This document shows positions 38,429 through 51,870 of a stretch of 64,000 nucleotides of DNA, piece after piece. Source of the stretch: Octopus bimaculoides (lineage: Eukaryota); contig NC_068983.1 in the NCBI RefSeq assembly GCF_001194135.2, forward strand, positions 137,799,806 through 137,863,805. The letters run 5' to 3'. Both the position numbers and the translations under genes were made by a program. How positions within the stretch are numbered: the first letter of the stretch is position 1; every line of letters begins with the position of its first letter. Below the pieces are notes generated by a model. That model saw only the letters and a program-made list of their open reading frames with translations. It ran no database searches and had not been told where the DNA came from.

Positions 38429-38508
38429 GATGTGAGATGGTTAAACAGAGGAAAATAAACTCCTTATATTGAACTCTAATATTTCCCTCTATTTAACCAT
38501 CGCACATC

Positions 38509-38556
38509 GTCTCTGATGAAAGGATATCCTTAATATTCCGGAAACTACTGTAAGAC
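38509..38556 (+). ncRNA. Type I hammerhead ribozyme (family zeta)
   Basis: GTCT-CTGATGA-AAGGATAT-CCTTA-ATATTCCG-GAAAC-TACT-GTA-AGAC. Confidence 0.7.
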
Positions 38557-38744
38557 TATCTTTCTCTTTATTAATGTCCTGAAAATTTCACACACCCTTG
38601 GCTTCATTGCCTCATTTTATTTAACGTATACATGTTCATACAAGACCCGCATTAGACTTCTCCCTCGTAACATTATCGAACCGAGAGTTTAACTACGGTC
38701 CTTCCATAGCACTTACATTCTGGATACGAATATCTGTCATATAG

Positions 38745-38847
38745 GTTATAGTAGAAGAAACTTGCCCAAGGTGCCACGCAGTGGGAATGAACCCAGAACC
38801 ATGTGGTTGGTAAGCAAGCTACTTACCACACAGCCACTCCTGCACCT
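38745..38847 (-). mobile_element. SINE-C head
   Basis: cttgcccaaggtgccacgcagtggg...cttaccacacagccactcctgc. Confidence 0.8.
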
Positions 38848-39844
38848 ATATAAAAGGATTTCAACAATTAATTGATACCAAATTGACGTATTCCCTAAGC
38901 TGCATGCTTGCTTGGATGTAGATATAATTGTGTTTGTATTTTGGCAAACCTTTCTACGTTTTTAAGTTAGCATTCAAATTCACATATGGGTATATATTTA
39001 TTCAGGCATTTATATACCCAAGAGAATATTATAAAAAGTCCATCCCAAACATGACGAAAGTTAGAAAATATTTAATTTGGTATAATTCTCTATTTAATCA
39101 AGATGGTTCTATTAATAAAGCTTGGAGCCTCTTGATAGTAATTAGATAGCAGTCCTCAAGAACCCATAGTTATAATAAAGTCTTCAACTCTCATAATGTC
39201 ATGGCTAGCTACTCATGCTTAAATAAAATCACTTCCAACACTGTAAGATATAACAGAAGCAAGCATGCACCCACATAGTATTTCACTTGTAATTTCCGAA
39301 ATTCTACCAACAACCACTGGGTGCATCCCGCTTATCAAAGAAACACTTCAAACTCTCTGGAGGCATCATGAGGCACCAGACAGCTAGGCAGTGCTTTCAT
39401 GGAAAACTTTTTCCATCACGTGCACTGCTTCTAATATAGGACAAGAAGAACTCAACCTGTATGGTCCTTTTAACCTGGAAACTGTAAGATCAAGAAGACG
39501 ACTTCCCCAATGTGATATTGAACATTCTTGACAGGGTACAGTTATACTAATTTTCATTTGGTACATGCTGACTCTGCTTCTGTGAGAAAATGCATTATAT
39601 TTTAGCAGTCTGCAGTACCTGTCATTAAGAAAAACCTGTTTCTTATCATGATATATCATGTATATTGATAAAGTTGTGTTAGGTGAGCTAATTTAAAAAA
39701 TAGATACTAATATGTGTAACACATCTTCCTACTTTGCTCTTTTTATTGTATCTTAATATTCGTTTCAGAGATATATCTTTGCTATTTATCTTTTATAAGA
39801 AACACTAAACTATATTCAATGACCTTTGAACGATACCATAGTCG

Positions 39845-39848
<4 letters not shown>

Positions 39849-39918
<70 letters not shown>
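39849..39918. repeat. (CA)n microsatellite
   Basis: Direct reading. Confidence 0.95.
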
Positions 39919-39921
<3 letters not shown>

Positions 39922-40140
39922 GGGTTGGACAAAATAATGGAAACACCTAGCATCATAGCATCATAATTTTGAAATATCTATAAAACCGTCAAAAGCGTGT
40001 TTATTTTTGTGTTTTTTTATTTATTATTAGTGTTGCTTAATATGTTTTGCTAAAATTGCTGTTTCTTTTCAGATATCATCAGAAAAAGGTAATTAAAATT
40101 CATTAAAATGACAGATTTTTATCGAGAAAATTCTAAACTG
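39917..40140 (+). mobile_element. Tc1-like DNA transposon left end
   Basis: CAGAGGGGTTGGACAAAATAATGGAAACACC resembles Tc1-family TIRs. No matching right TIR was seen in the window. Confidence 0.5.
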
Positions 40141-40977
40141 AAACCTCTATGTCATTAAACTTATAATTTATAATTTTAATTTACCATGGTAATATTTACT
40201 TGTTTGATATTCTCCCTTTATTTGAGATTTAGTCTTATGTTCTACAAAAATACATAAAAACAGCATAATATCATTCACACTTCTACTCGCAAATAAATAC
40301 ATAAATTAAGACCGATACACACACAAAACATAACTAAAACATCAACACAAAAGCTTAAATATTTCAGATACCTATGATAGCCTTTTTTCACCTAGAAACA
40401 ATACCCCTGCATTCCTATTTCTTACTTGGACAATCATTTGCCATTATTTTTTTTTTCATTATCTTTTGTTTCCTTCATCTTTTTCGTTATTCTTCCTTTC
40501 ATTTTACTTCTTAACCCAGTCCCCTTTAACATATTTATTTGACCTTTCAAAACATTCATCAGATTTTTGCGCTTACAAAAAAAAAGCTAATAACAAAAAC
40601 AAAAACAAAAACGCAACCCATAAAAAGACTCGTGTTATTTAGAATTTTAACTACAACTATAGTTCACTACATTCAGCATCCCTTTCAATTAATGAGAGTT
40701 TCCATCATTTTCCTTTATAGATATCAGAATTGTTTTTTCACTACTTAAATAAGCTGCCTAGTGAAAGTTATATTTCCGTTGAAAACAAATTTTATCATAA
40801 TTTTACCTGATGAATCAACAAAACTTCTGTTGTTATTCTTAAAATCGCTATAAAATATTGACTTGACTTTAACTAAATACACATACATCTATTCATTCAT
40901 TCCGCGACACATGCATGTATCTGTATGAGTGCATGTGTGTTCGTGCATATATATATATATATATATAGAAAAATTTT

Positions 40978-41155
40978 TTAATTAAGGTACTCAGAAACCT
41001 GGATGTTTGTACATTTACAGATTTTTATTAATGTCACATATTAAATGAAGCGCTTTTCATCTAGTCGTGTAGGTGAAAAGCGCTTCATTTAATATGTGAC
41101 ATTAATAAAAATCTGTAAATGTACAAACATCCAGGTTTCTGAGTACCTTAATTAA
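40978..41155. repeat. Perfect 82-bp inverted repeat abutting a gap
   Basis: 40978-41059 is the exact reverse complement of 41074-41155. Confidence 0.85.
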
Positions 41156-41328
41156 NNNNNNNNNNNNNNNNNNNNNNNNNNNNNNNNNNNNNNNNNNNNN
41201 NNNNNNNNNNNNNNNNNNNNNNNNNNNNNNNNNNNNNNNNNNNNNNNNNNNNNNNNNNNNNNNNNNNNNNNNNNNNNNNNNNNNNNNNNNNNNNNNNNNN
41301 NNNNNNNNNNNNNNNNNNNNNNNNNNNN

Positions 41329-41369
<41 letters not shown>

Positions 41370-42045
41370 ACACGGATACGCCTGACCGAGCGGAGATACT
41401 GAAAGAGATGTGATATGTGAAAGAGATGAAAGGAGGAAGAGAAAATATCGTAGATTGGTAGATGAATGGATGGATAGAGAGATAGCGAAAGAGAGGAAGA
41501 AAAGTTGGTAATAGAGACAGCTCACCAAAATATCTCTCGGAATATATAGAAAAAGCAGAAAAATTCCACCTCTACCAAATAACGACAAACAAACAGAAAA
41601 AACAACAATTTTTTTAGAAAATGTAGACATTTCTGTAATTTCGAGAAGCAGAGCCAAAGAGATTTGAGGATGCGAAAAGACGGCGAAATTATATGACGTT
41701 GGAGGTGTGATGGACTGTGATAATTATGAAGCGAATGTGGTGGTGGTGGTGGTGGTATATATAATGGTGGTAATAGATTGTTTTATTAAAATTATAATTT
41801 CAAAGCAAATTGAATCAGTCTTAGAAAAATTCCCTCGGCAAATGACGAAAATATTTTTGCAAAGGAATATTCTTTAAATGCCAAGTTCGAAATGCGTCAA
41901 TATTATGAATGAATTCAATTGTAGATCATTCTCGTGATACCAAACGTAGAAAGGCTAAATGTTTATGTACAAAATAGAGAGAAAAAGATATATATATGTA
42001 TATATAGCGAAATAGACAGAAAAAACAAATAGAGAAATAGAGAGC

Positions 42046-42099
<54 letters not shown>

Positions 42100-42234
42100 T
42101 CTTATTATGGCTTCGCTATTGTAACTCATCAATACACTTTTCATTACGATCAAATCATCTGAGTGGCATGAGTAAAAGTAACAAGGGAATTCTCGGTTTA
42201 TTATGAGAGTAGAAACATTACTAACACCACCACC

Positions 42235-42290
<56 letters not shown>

Positions 42291-43283
42291 AACCACCATT
42301 ACCTTCGCCACAGCTACCACCTGTAATCACAAAAATAATCGCAATCAACGCAAGAAAAAAAAAAAGAGATTAAAAAAGAAAAAAAACAAAGAACCCAAAC
42401 AAGTAGAGAAAATGCTGCTCTCGAGAATACTATAAATTGTTGAATATATTGTGATGTAATATAAATATTTAGATATGTTCAGACGTGAAATGTGGGAATA
42501 ATATGTGGCAGATGTTAATTTTGTCGTTGAACAAGAAAATATTATAAAAGAATGTTTTCATCTTTCTCTCTCTCTCTCCCTCTCTCTCTCTCACCCCTCT
42601 CTCTCCCTCTCTCTNNNNNNNNNNNNNNNNNNNNNNNNNNNNNNNNNNNNNNNNNNNNNNNNNNNNNNNNNNNNNNNNNNNNNNNNNNNTCTCTCTCCCT
42701 CTCTCTCTCACACACACACATGCACCTGTATATACACACACACGCACACATATAAGTATTTATAGATACAAATAAATATATGTATATATGTATGTATTTG
42801 TGTACACACACACACACACACACACACAAATATACAAACATATCCTTAAATATACATTCATACATAAATATCTGCATCAAATCTATGCGTATATTTATGT
42901 ATGCTTGTATATATGTATGTATGTACATATATACAAACATGCGTACATATATGTACATATATATATGTACGCACACACACACACACGCATACACATTTAA
43001 CATCAACTTAATATTAAAAAGCATCTAGGAATATCTTAGTTAATGCGAGTATGCCGACTCTGCAATTATATGAATGTTTTAAATATTTTTATATATAATC
43101 TTATAATGAAAAATGAAAGATATCTCCAGAGGTCTTATTTAATTTCATAATACAGTTAAGGAACGAAAATGACATTCATATAAATCAAACTCGAGAGAAT
43201 AATTTAAAAATATATTCTGACAAAGTTTTTCTGAAAATATCTAAATATGTTAAATAATCTTTTCTTCGACTTTGAAGGCGTGG

Positions 43284-43320
<37 letters not shown>

Positions 43321-43416
43321 GAAACCTAATATTGCACACGTTTTCATGTGGATTGTAAGTTGAAAAGATCAAGCCACTTATAGCGAACTATTAAAATGCT
43401 TTAGAAAAAAAATCTA

Positions 43417-43566
43417 AGGCGTGACTGTGTGGTAAGAAGCTTTCTCCCTGAACACATGGTTCTTGGTTCAGTCTCACAGAATGGCACTTTGGGTAAGTGT
43501 CATCTACTGTGACCTCGGACCGACCGTGTGTGTGGATTGGGTAGACTGAAATTGAAAGAAGCCCGT
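43417..43566 (+). mobile_element. SINE-C 5' half
   Basis: gtgactgtgtggtaag...ggcactttgggtaagtgtc...gaaagaagcccgt. Confidence 0.7.
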
Positions 43567-43578
43567 TTGTACTCCTAG

Positions 43579-43878
43579 ACTTCTAGTAACATCATCTACT
43601 GCATCTCCTGTTCTCTCTATCCTTTTCTATACATCGGTCAAACAGGACGCCGCTTGGCTGACCGGTTCGCGGAACACCTCCGAGACATCAGACTCGGCAA
43701 TGACACCCTGGTCTCGCGCCATTTCCGCTCTACCGGTCACTCTTTAAGCCTGTCTGTGTTCGGATTGTTCTTGTACAGGGACCATCTGAACTCCCGTCTT
43801 CGCCGTGAGCAGGGATTACTCTTCTCTCTTCGCTCCTTTGCGCCACATGGGCTCAACTCTCATCGCCTCTTCATCTAA
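43579..43878 (+). mobile_element. PLE GIY-YIG endonuclease C-terminal fragment (Neptune/Poseidon-like)
   Basis: Open frame TSSNIIYCISCSLYPFLYIGQTGRRLADRFAEH...VSRHF...HGLN. Confidence 0.85.
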
Positions 43879-44544
43879 CCCTCCTCCTCTCTTCCTCTCA
43901 CACCTACTTCCTCCCATCCACCTCTCCTCTCTTGCTCTGACACCAACTTCCTCTCTTCACTCTTACACACCGTCTCCCTTCCACCCTCTCCCTTCATCGT
44001 CACCCCTCCCTCGTTACCCACCCCTACACATTCCAATCCCACCATCCCTATGCATCCCATCCCACCCCACCCCANNNNNNNNNNNNNNNNNNNNNNNNNN
44101 NNNNNNNNNNNNNNNNNNNNNNNNNNNNNNNNNNNNNNNNNNNNNNNNNNNNNNNNNNNNNNNNNNNNNNNNNNNNNNNNNNNNNNNNNNNNNNNNNNNN
44201 NNNNNNNNNNNNNNNNNNNNNNNNNNNNNNNNNNNNNNNNNNNNNNNNNNNNNNNNNNNNNNNNNNNNNNNNNNNNNNNNNNNNNNNNNNNNNNNNNNNN
44301 NNNNNNNNNNNNNNNNNNNTACCACCACACTACACCACCACACAACACCACCACACCACCACAAATCACCATACCACACCACACCACACCACATCACCCT
44401 GCACACACTAGCACTGACCACCTCCCAGCACCCACACCAGCGCACACACTAGCACTGACTACTTCCCAGCACCTACACCATCATCCACACACCTACATAT
44501 GCACACACGCACACGTCAAGGTCACCATCCACCATCCACACGCA

Positions 44545-45620
44545 TCGGGCTTTGAAAGAATTTTCAGAAGCCCCTGTATAAGTTAATATTCGTGTGAGCC
44601 TTCTATCTGCACCTTGGCTCCATACACGATTCCTTTCTCCAGACATTTTCCTTCCAGCGGACAGGAGGTCCCATTTTTGAAATTGCAATTCTTAAGAAGA
44701 GAATCGGCAGTATGATTATTTGCAGTTATCCTATTGTTGTGTTGGTTAATAAGAAGCGAAGTTTTTGCAGCAAGAATAGCTGATCTTAAGCATTCTTCTA
44801 TTAAATATTCTATAAAACTTATGGTCAGGTTGAAAATGTCTAGAGACTAATTTTAAGAATTCCCTACCTATATTTATTTTTACGGCCATATTGAAAGCTG
44901 GGTTAAACCACAAAAACCTTCCTAGTCCTAGTTCTACGTGTAGCATTATTGCTAGCATTAAGCTGGTTATACTGGATCTTCTCAGAGAATCCACTTTTCC
45001 TTAATGCGCTTTTATAATAAGGAGCGACATTTTGGAATGCTGCCTCATCCGAAGAAATTGACGATATTCGTCTACCTACATTACTGACTAAGTTCCTAAG
45101 AATAACTGGCGGATGACTGGATTCTTTGCTAATATAGGATAGCTTCTCATTAGGCTTACGGTAAGGTTTGTATTTATCCGACTCTAAATCTAAATTTGCA
45201 TCTAAGAAATCTACACTTTCCAGGTTAGTATCTATCGTAACCCGTAAGCCCATCCTTTGGAAGAAAGCAATAAGATCCTTCCGAAGCTTATCTAATTCAT
45301 GGCCGTTGAAATTATGGGTGACTATAAGATCGTCATTCTTATATAATCTTGCGTCTATAAACGGAAATTCTCGCTTTAGATTGTGCTCCTATGAGCACAC
45401 ATAACTCAGCCCCGTCGTATGCCCCCATCGGTACATCGAAAAGAGAATCCTCACTCTTCTTGACCCAGGTGGAATCCTCGTGAAAAGAAGTGATTTCCTC
45501 GCATGTATGATAATGTCTATTTCCGAGTTATCGATGTTGACATACTGCTTGGCGAAGTCTAACGCCTTTAAGAGTAAAGGCCTAGATATTGACGGGTAAA
45601 AGTCAACGATATCAAACCTT
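44545..45620 (-). mobile_element. PLE (Naiad-like) RT-linker-GIY-YIG remnant
   Basis: FDIVDFYPSI; [14 protein letters not shown]; VDFLDANLDL; WFNPAF; LKISYSC; CPLEGKCLEKGIVY; YTGASENSFKAR, with frameshifts. Confidence 0.9.
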
Positions 45621-46313
45621 ACATTTTCACTATCCTACTTCATCTAGGTATGATGTCATAGTGACATCAATACACTGCTTGCCGATGGTTCCGTATAATC
45701 CATTTTCTGCTGTAGTCTTATAACAGTGAACTGCTGCTTCCCCTGTTGTACAATCGTGGTGAAGATGATGCCGGAGTAAGCTCTCCAGGGCGCAGGCCTG
45801 GGCAGGGTTAGTATATGAGAGGAGCAGTTGCACACGCAGAAAAGTTTTCTTAATGGGGTTGTCCAAGGACCTGCATAGCTTGGCATCAGTGTCGTCGCAG
45901 AAGTTGCTAAAATGATATTGAAAACAATGTTGGACTACCTTAGGTATTTTAGCTCCTAATTTTTCCTCGGAGTTTACTCTCAACGCCTAACTCATGGTGT
46001 GTATTGCCGCAAGGCAGCAAAAGTTTGAACGCAAAATTTATCCTTCCGTTAGATTAACTTTTTTTTCTCAAGCTGACGAGTTCCATCTACCCGATGCACT
46101 GATTTTAAGGCACCAGAAATCCTCTTCGCCCACTTCTATCAGTACAAACAGTTCTACCAGGTCGTACAAAAAAGTCAGGTGTTGGACCTGGTACACACAC
46201 ATACACGCGCGCGCGCGCACGCATACACACACGCGCGCGCGCACGCATACACACATGTATATATTTATATTTGGCACATATATATGTATATATATTTATA
46301 AATGGCATGTATA

Positions 46314-46704
46314 TACTCTTTTACTCTTTTACTTGTTTCAGTCATGTGACTGCAGCCATGCTGGAGCACCGCCTTTAGTCGAGCAAAAGTACCCCAGGAC
46401 TTATTCTTTGTAAGCCTTGTACTTATTCTATCGGCCTATTTTGCTGAACCGCTAAGTTACAGGGACGTAAACACACCAGCATCGGTTGCCAGGCAATGCT
46501 AGGGGAACAAACACAAACACACATATATATATACATATATACGACGGGCTTCTTTCAGTTTCCATCTACCAAATCCACTCACAAGGCTTTGGTCGGCTCG
46601 AGGCTATAGTAGAAGACACTTGTCCAAGGTGCCACGCAGTGGGACTGAACCCGGAACCATGTGGTCGGTAAGCAAGCTACTTACCACACAGCCACTCCTG
46701 CGCC
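46314..46704 (-). mobile_element. SINE-C full-length
   Basis: Complete head, CORE-like body, internal TA/CA tract and (aaaagagt)n-type tail. Confidence 0.9.
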
Positions 46705-47469
46705 TATATGAATATATATTTATATATGGCATTATATATATATTGGAATGGAAGNNNNNNNNNNNNNNNNNNNNNNNNNNNNNNNNNNNNNNNNNNNNNN
46801 NNNNNNNNNNNNNNNNNNNNNNNNNNNNNNNNNNNNNNNNNNNNNNNNNNNNNNNNNNNNNNNNNNNNNNNNNNNNNNNNNNNNNNNNNNNNNNNNNNNN
46901 NNNNNNNNNNNNNNNNNNNNNNNNNNNNNNNNNNNNNNNNNNNNNNNNNNNNNNNNNNNNNNNNNNNNNNNNNNNNNNNNNNNNNNNNNNNNNNNNNNNN
47001 NNNNNNNNNNNNNNNNNNNNNNNNNNNNNNNNNNNNNNNNNNNNNNNNNNNNNNNNNNNNNNNNNNNNNNNNNNNNNNNNNNNNNNNNNNNNNNNNNNNN
47101 NNNNNNNNNNNNNNNNNNNNNNNNNNNNNNNNNNNNNNNNNNNNNNNNNNNNNNNNNNNNNNNNNNNNNNNNNNNNNNNNNNNNNNNNNNNNNNNNNNNN
47201 NNNNNNNNNNNNNNNNNNNNNNNNNNNNNNNNNNNNNNNNNNNNNNNNNNNNNNNNNNNNNNNNNNNNNNNNNNNNNNNNNNNNNNNNNNNNNNNNNNNN
47301 NNNNNNNNNNNNNNNNNNNNNNNNNNNNNNNNNNNNNNNNNNNNNNNNNNNNNNNNNNNNNNNNNNNNNNNNNNNNNNNNNNNNNNNNNNNNNNNNNNNN
47401 NNNNNNNNNNNNNNNNNNNNNNNNNNNNNNNNNNNNNNNNNNNNNNNNNNNNNNNNNNNNNNNNNNNNN

Positions 47470-47505
<36 letters not shown>

Positions 47506-47701
47506 GTGTGTGTGTGTGTGTGTGTGCGTATGTGTGTATGTGTGTGTAAATGTGAGTGTGTACAATGGTTAGAGGGATAGATAATTAGACGAGGAAAGAG
47601 AGGAGAGAAAGAGATATGAGTATGTATATGAAAAAAGTGTGGGAGGATTTATCTCAAAGAAAAATCGATGAAAATACAGACACATAAATCTAAAAGACAC
47701 A

Positions 47702-47753
<52 letters not shown>

Positions 47754-48473
47754 AACACACACACATGCATACACAGAAACACCACACTTACATGAAAAGT
47801 GGGGGAATGAAGGAAGGGTCGGTAAGTGCCTTATAGAGGAACATTTTATTCAAAGGGAGAAAATGAGAATACAAATCGTTGACATACACAATTTTATGAG
47901 TGGTGAGTGAAATACATACACGTGTGAGCATGTGTATNNNNNNNNNNNNNNNNNNNNNNNNNNNNNNNNNNNNNNNNNNNNNNNNNNNNNNNNNNNNNNN
48001 NNNNNNNNNNNNNNNNNNNNNNNNNNNNNNNNNNNNNNNNNNNNNNNNNNNNNNNNNNNNNNNNNNNNNNNNNNNNNNNNNNNNNNNNNNNNNNNNNNNN
48101 NNNNNNNNNNNNNNNNNNNNNNNNNNNNNNNNNNNNNNNNNNNNNNNNNNNNNNNNNNNNNNNNNNNNNNNNNNNNNNNNNNNNNNNNNNNNNNNNNNNN
48201 NNNNNNNNNNNNNNNNNNNNNNNNNNNNNNNNNNNNNNNNNNNNNNNNNNNNNNNNNNNNNNNNNNNNNNNNNNNNNNNNNNNNNNNNNNNNNNNNNNNN
48301 NNNNNNNNNNNNNNNNNNNNNNNNNNNNNNNNNNNNNNNNNNNNNNNNNNNNNNNNNNNNNNNNNNNNNNNNNNNNNNNNNNNNNNNNNNNNNNNNNNNN
48401 NNNNNNNNNNNNNNNNNNNNNNNNNNNNNNNNNNNNNNNNNNNNNNNNNNNNNNNNNNNNNNNNNNNNNNNNN

Positions 48474-48518
<45 letters not shown>

Positions 48519-48689
48519 TTAGCTGATTAGATAAAAAAAAACCAAGGAAAGAGAAATAATGACGGAACAGAAGATATGCAAAAGAGAAACGATATGTCTT
48601 TGTAACACCTAGACAAGTTTTTCAAAATTTCTGGCTGTGTTCAATCTTCTGTAAATGAATAAACGTAACAAAAAAAGAAAACAAAAGGC

Positions 48690-48723
<34 letters not shown>

Positions 48724-48726
48724 GTA

Positions 48727-48795
<69 letters not shown>
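48690..48795. repeat. (AAT)n microsatellite
   Basis: Direct reading. Confidence 0.95.
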
Positions 48796-48800
<5 letters not shown>

Positions 48801-49450
48801 TATTATTATTGTTTCGGATAGGCTATTATTGTAAATTCCGTTTTTTTTTTCCTCCCTGTTTTTATATCCAAGAAATTAATTTGTTCCATTATCTGTACTT
48901 TCAGAGCGATGTTTAACGAATTTTTATAAACTACTCTTCAAGTTGCATACCCAGGAGTTATTTGCTGAACTTTTTTTTATTCTTCTTGTAGGAATTGATT
49001 TACTATTTGTACAAAAGAAAACATTTCATTTTCTATTTTTTTTTCTTTTCACTAATATTTCACTACCTCTGCTATTTATTTGCTAGACATCTTTTGTTTC
49101 CTTTCGCAGTTTTTATCATTTTTACAGATAATTTATCTTCCATCCCACAGTTTATTAAAAATAGTTTTTTCGTCTGACGTTCTTTCACCCTTTTCTCACA
49201 CTTCGCTTCCTCTGTGTCCGTGTATGTGCTATGTATATANNNNNNNNNNTATATATATATATATATATATATGAGTGTGTGTGTATTTATAATACATATA
49301 TATAAACTTTTATATATGTTATATATACGTTATATATATTTTTATATATGCATATATATAAATATGTATGCATGTACACCAATATATACATACATTTATA
49401 TATGGATATGTATTTACAAATATATATATCAATAAATACATATCTATCTT

Positions 49451-49491
<41 letters not shown>

Positions 49492-49691
49492 ACATTTACA
49501 TATATATGTATATATGCGTATGCATATGTATGTATATATATATGTATGAATGTGTGTATACATATACATGTGTAAATACTTACATATATTAGTTCTTACA
49601 TTTTGCTAATATATATCATCATTTATCAAACTATTATATTTTGCTTCTTGCATCAAGGTTCTCCTCTTTCTCGCGCTCTCTTTCCATATAC

Positions 49692-49728
<37 letters not shown>

Positions 49729-50610
49729 NNNNNNNNNNNNNNNNNNNNNNNNNNNNNNNNNNNNNNNNNNNNNNNNNNNNNNNNNNNNNNNNNNNNNNNN
49801 NNNNNNNNNNNNNNNNNNNNNNNNNNNNNNNNNNNNNNNNNNNNNNNNNNNNNNNNNNNNNNNNNNNNNNNNNNNNNNNNNNNNNNNNNNNNNNNNNNNN
49901 NNNNNNNNNNNNNNNNNNNNNNNNNNNNNNNNNNNNNNNNNNNNNNNNNNNNNNNNNNNNNNNNNNNNNNNNNNNNNNNNNNNNNNNNNNNNNNNNNNNN
50001 NNNNNNNNNNNNNNNNNNNNNNNNNNNNNNNNNNNNNNNNNNNNNNNNNNNNNNNNNNNNNNNNNNNNNNNNNNNNNNNNNNNNNNNNNNNNNNNNNNNN
50101 NNNNNNNNNNNNNNNNNNNNNNNNNNNNNNNNNNNNNNNNNNNNNNNNNNCAGTAAATAACTGGTATGGGACGTTCTGACACCTGCCGTTTCGGTCTTGC
50201 CTATTTAGCATCGTCTTGTTTGACATCAGCCGTTTTAATGTTTCACACGGTCTCTTCTCTCTCGTGTCTTTCTCTGTTTATGTGTGTGGGCGTAGTTCTC
50301 TTTGCGTGTATAAGGAGAAAGTGTTTATGCCAATTATGTTCAATTAATTTATAATGTCTCCCTATCTCTCTTTCTCTCTCTCTCTCTTTCTTTCTCTCTC
50401 TCTCTCTCTCTCTCTCTTTTTATCTTTATGTATATATTTCAGCGCGCGCCTATTATTTGTCTCTAGTGCCAAAAAGTACTTTCACTCAAGCGAGTTCAGT
50501 GTCCAGTCAGCCGTACCAAATAGTCAGCTTCCAAGCAGCAGCAGCAACAAAAATACATAAACGTGTACGTACATGCACGCACGCACGTACACACACACAG
50601 ATACACATTT

Positions 50611-50657
<47 letters not shown>

Positions 50658-51414
50658 TACGTATTAGTTACTGAAACCCACACTTCACACTTCATAACAC
50701 GAAGTAACACGCTTCACATACTTAGACAAAATAAAAGTGTCTTCATATTTTGCTTTTAAATTTAGACCTGAAAATTTGAATTATGAAGTGTAAATTGTCA
50801 GCTCTAATAAATAACTAGAATGTATCGACGCCTATAAAATTAAGGAATACTGCTGGAACATTCCAATAAAAGTAGCAACCCAATGTAAACGTACAAAGCC
50901 TCATATAGTTCTATGGAATAGCGAATAAAAATCATGCGCAGTTTTAGAGGACTGCTTCTTCATACTTAAAATTGAGAAAGGACATGTATGGTTACTGCTC
51001 TTATAATAATTAAGCTATAGATTTTCTTTTGTACCTATTTATTATAGGTGCACCGGGTTGTGCAACAACAAATTCATATAAACGCATGACGATGCTAGGT
51101 GTCTCCAAGAAAGAACAAGGAAAAGTGATTAACATCTGCCAATTGCAATTGATTAATAGTACAGTAAAAATTAATAAATTATTCCAGGTATCCTCCATCT
51201 GAGTTCTTTGGAGTGAACACAGCACACAATTTTATTATGTATATAATATAAGTAAACGTACTCATTTACTTCATCAATTTTATCGCTCCAACCTCTATTC
51301 GGCCTTGTGCTAAGTCTTCCCACCGTATATATTTTGTTTTCATTTGAAGACTTACTGCTAAGCTATGAGTGTCCACTGCAGCTGGTGTGCAGTTTCAGCG
51401 ATGAGTACATTTCT

Positions 51415-51870
51415 AGGTAAAGGAGTACGTCTACATGGGGCACTGCCGAGATATTGATGCTGAGATTTCAAAGCGAATAAAGACAGGACGAAAGACATTT
51501 ACCTCAATAAAAAATGTGCTCAAAGCAAAGATAGACTATACCATACATGCTAAACTCTTCAATTGCACCGTCCTATCTACGCTCTTATACGCAAGTGAGA
51601 CGTGAGCTATTACGAAGGGGATTTGCTGCGATGCGAATGGTCATAGAAAGATTTATGTTTGGAATATTTTTACAAGAGCATATTCGAAATGAGATAATTC
51701 GAGAACGGAGCGGAGTGATCGCAGAAAACCGAAAGCACAAGTTCCCCTGGACTCGATATGTCGCAAAGTTCACAGACAACAGGTGGACATGCGCAGTTGC
51801 CGACTGGTATTCAAGAGATCGGAAAAGGCCACTTGGAAGGCGACTTGGAAGACAACTTAGTTAAGCAATT
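51415..51870 (+). mobile_element. RTE-1-type LINE 3' RT fragment
   Basis: VKEYVYMG; LFNCTVLSTLLYASET; HIRNEIIRERSGV; DNRWT..DW..RDRKRPLGR. Confidence 0.8.

Larger units (their letters stand above)
38317..38620. mobile_element. PLE-type inverted repeat (about 140-bp arms) carrying two hammerheads
   Basis: Arms 38317-38457 and 38480-38620. Confidence 0.75.

Noticed and set aside
39150-39660. Possible CR1/L2-type RT remnant (minus strand)
   Set aside because: Only faint motif echoes; cannot be supported without a search.
40055-40090. CTGATGA...GAAAC on the minus strand
   Set aside because: No helix I or II and no valid helix III; it lies in the Tc1-like left end.
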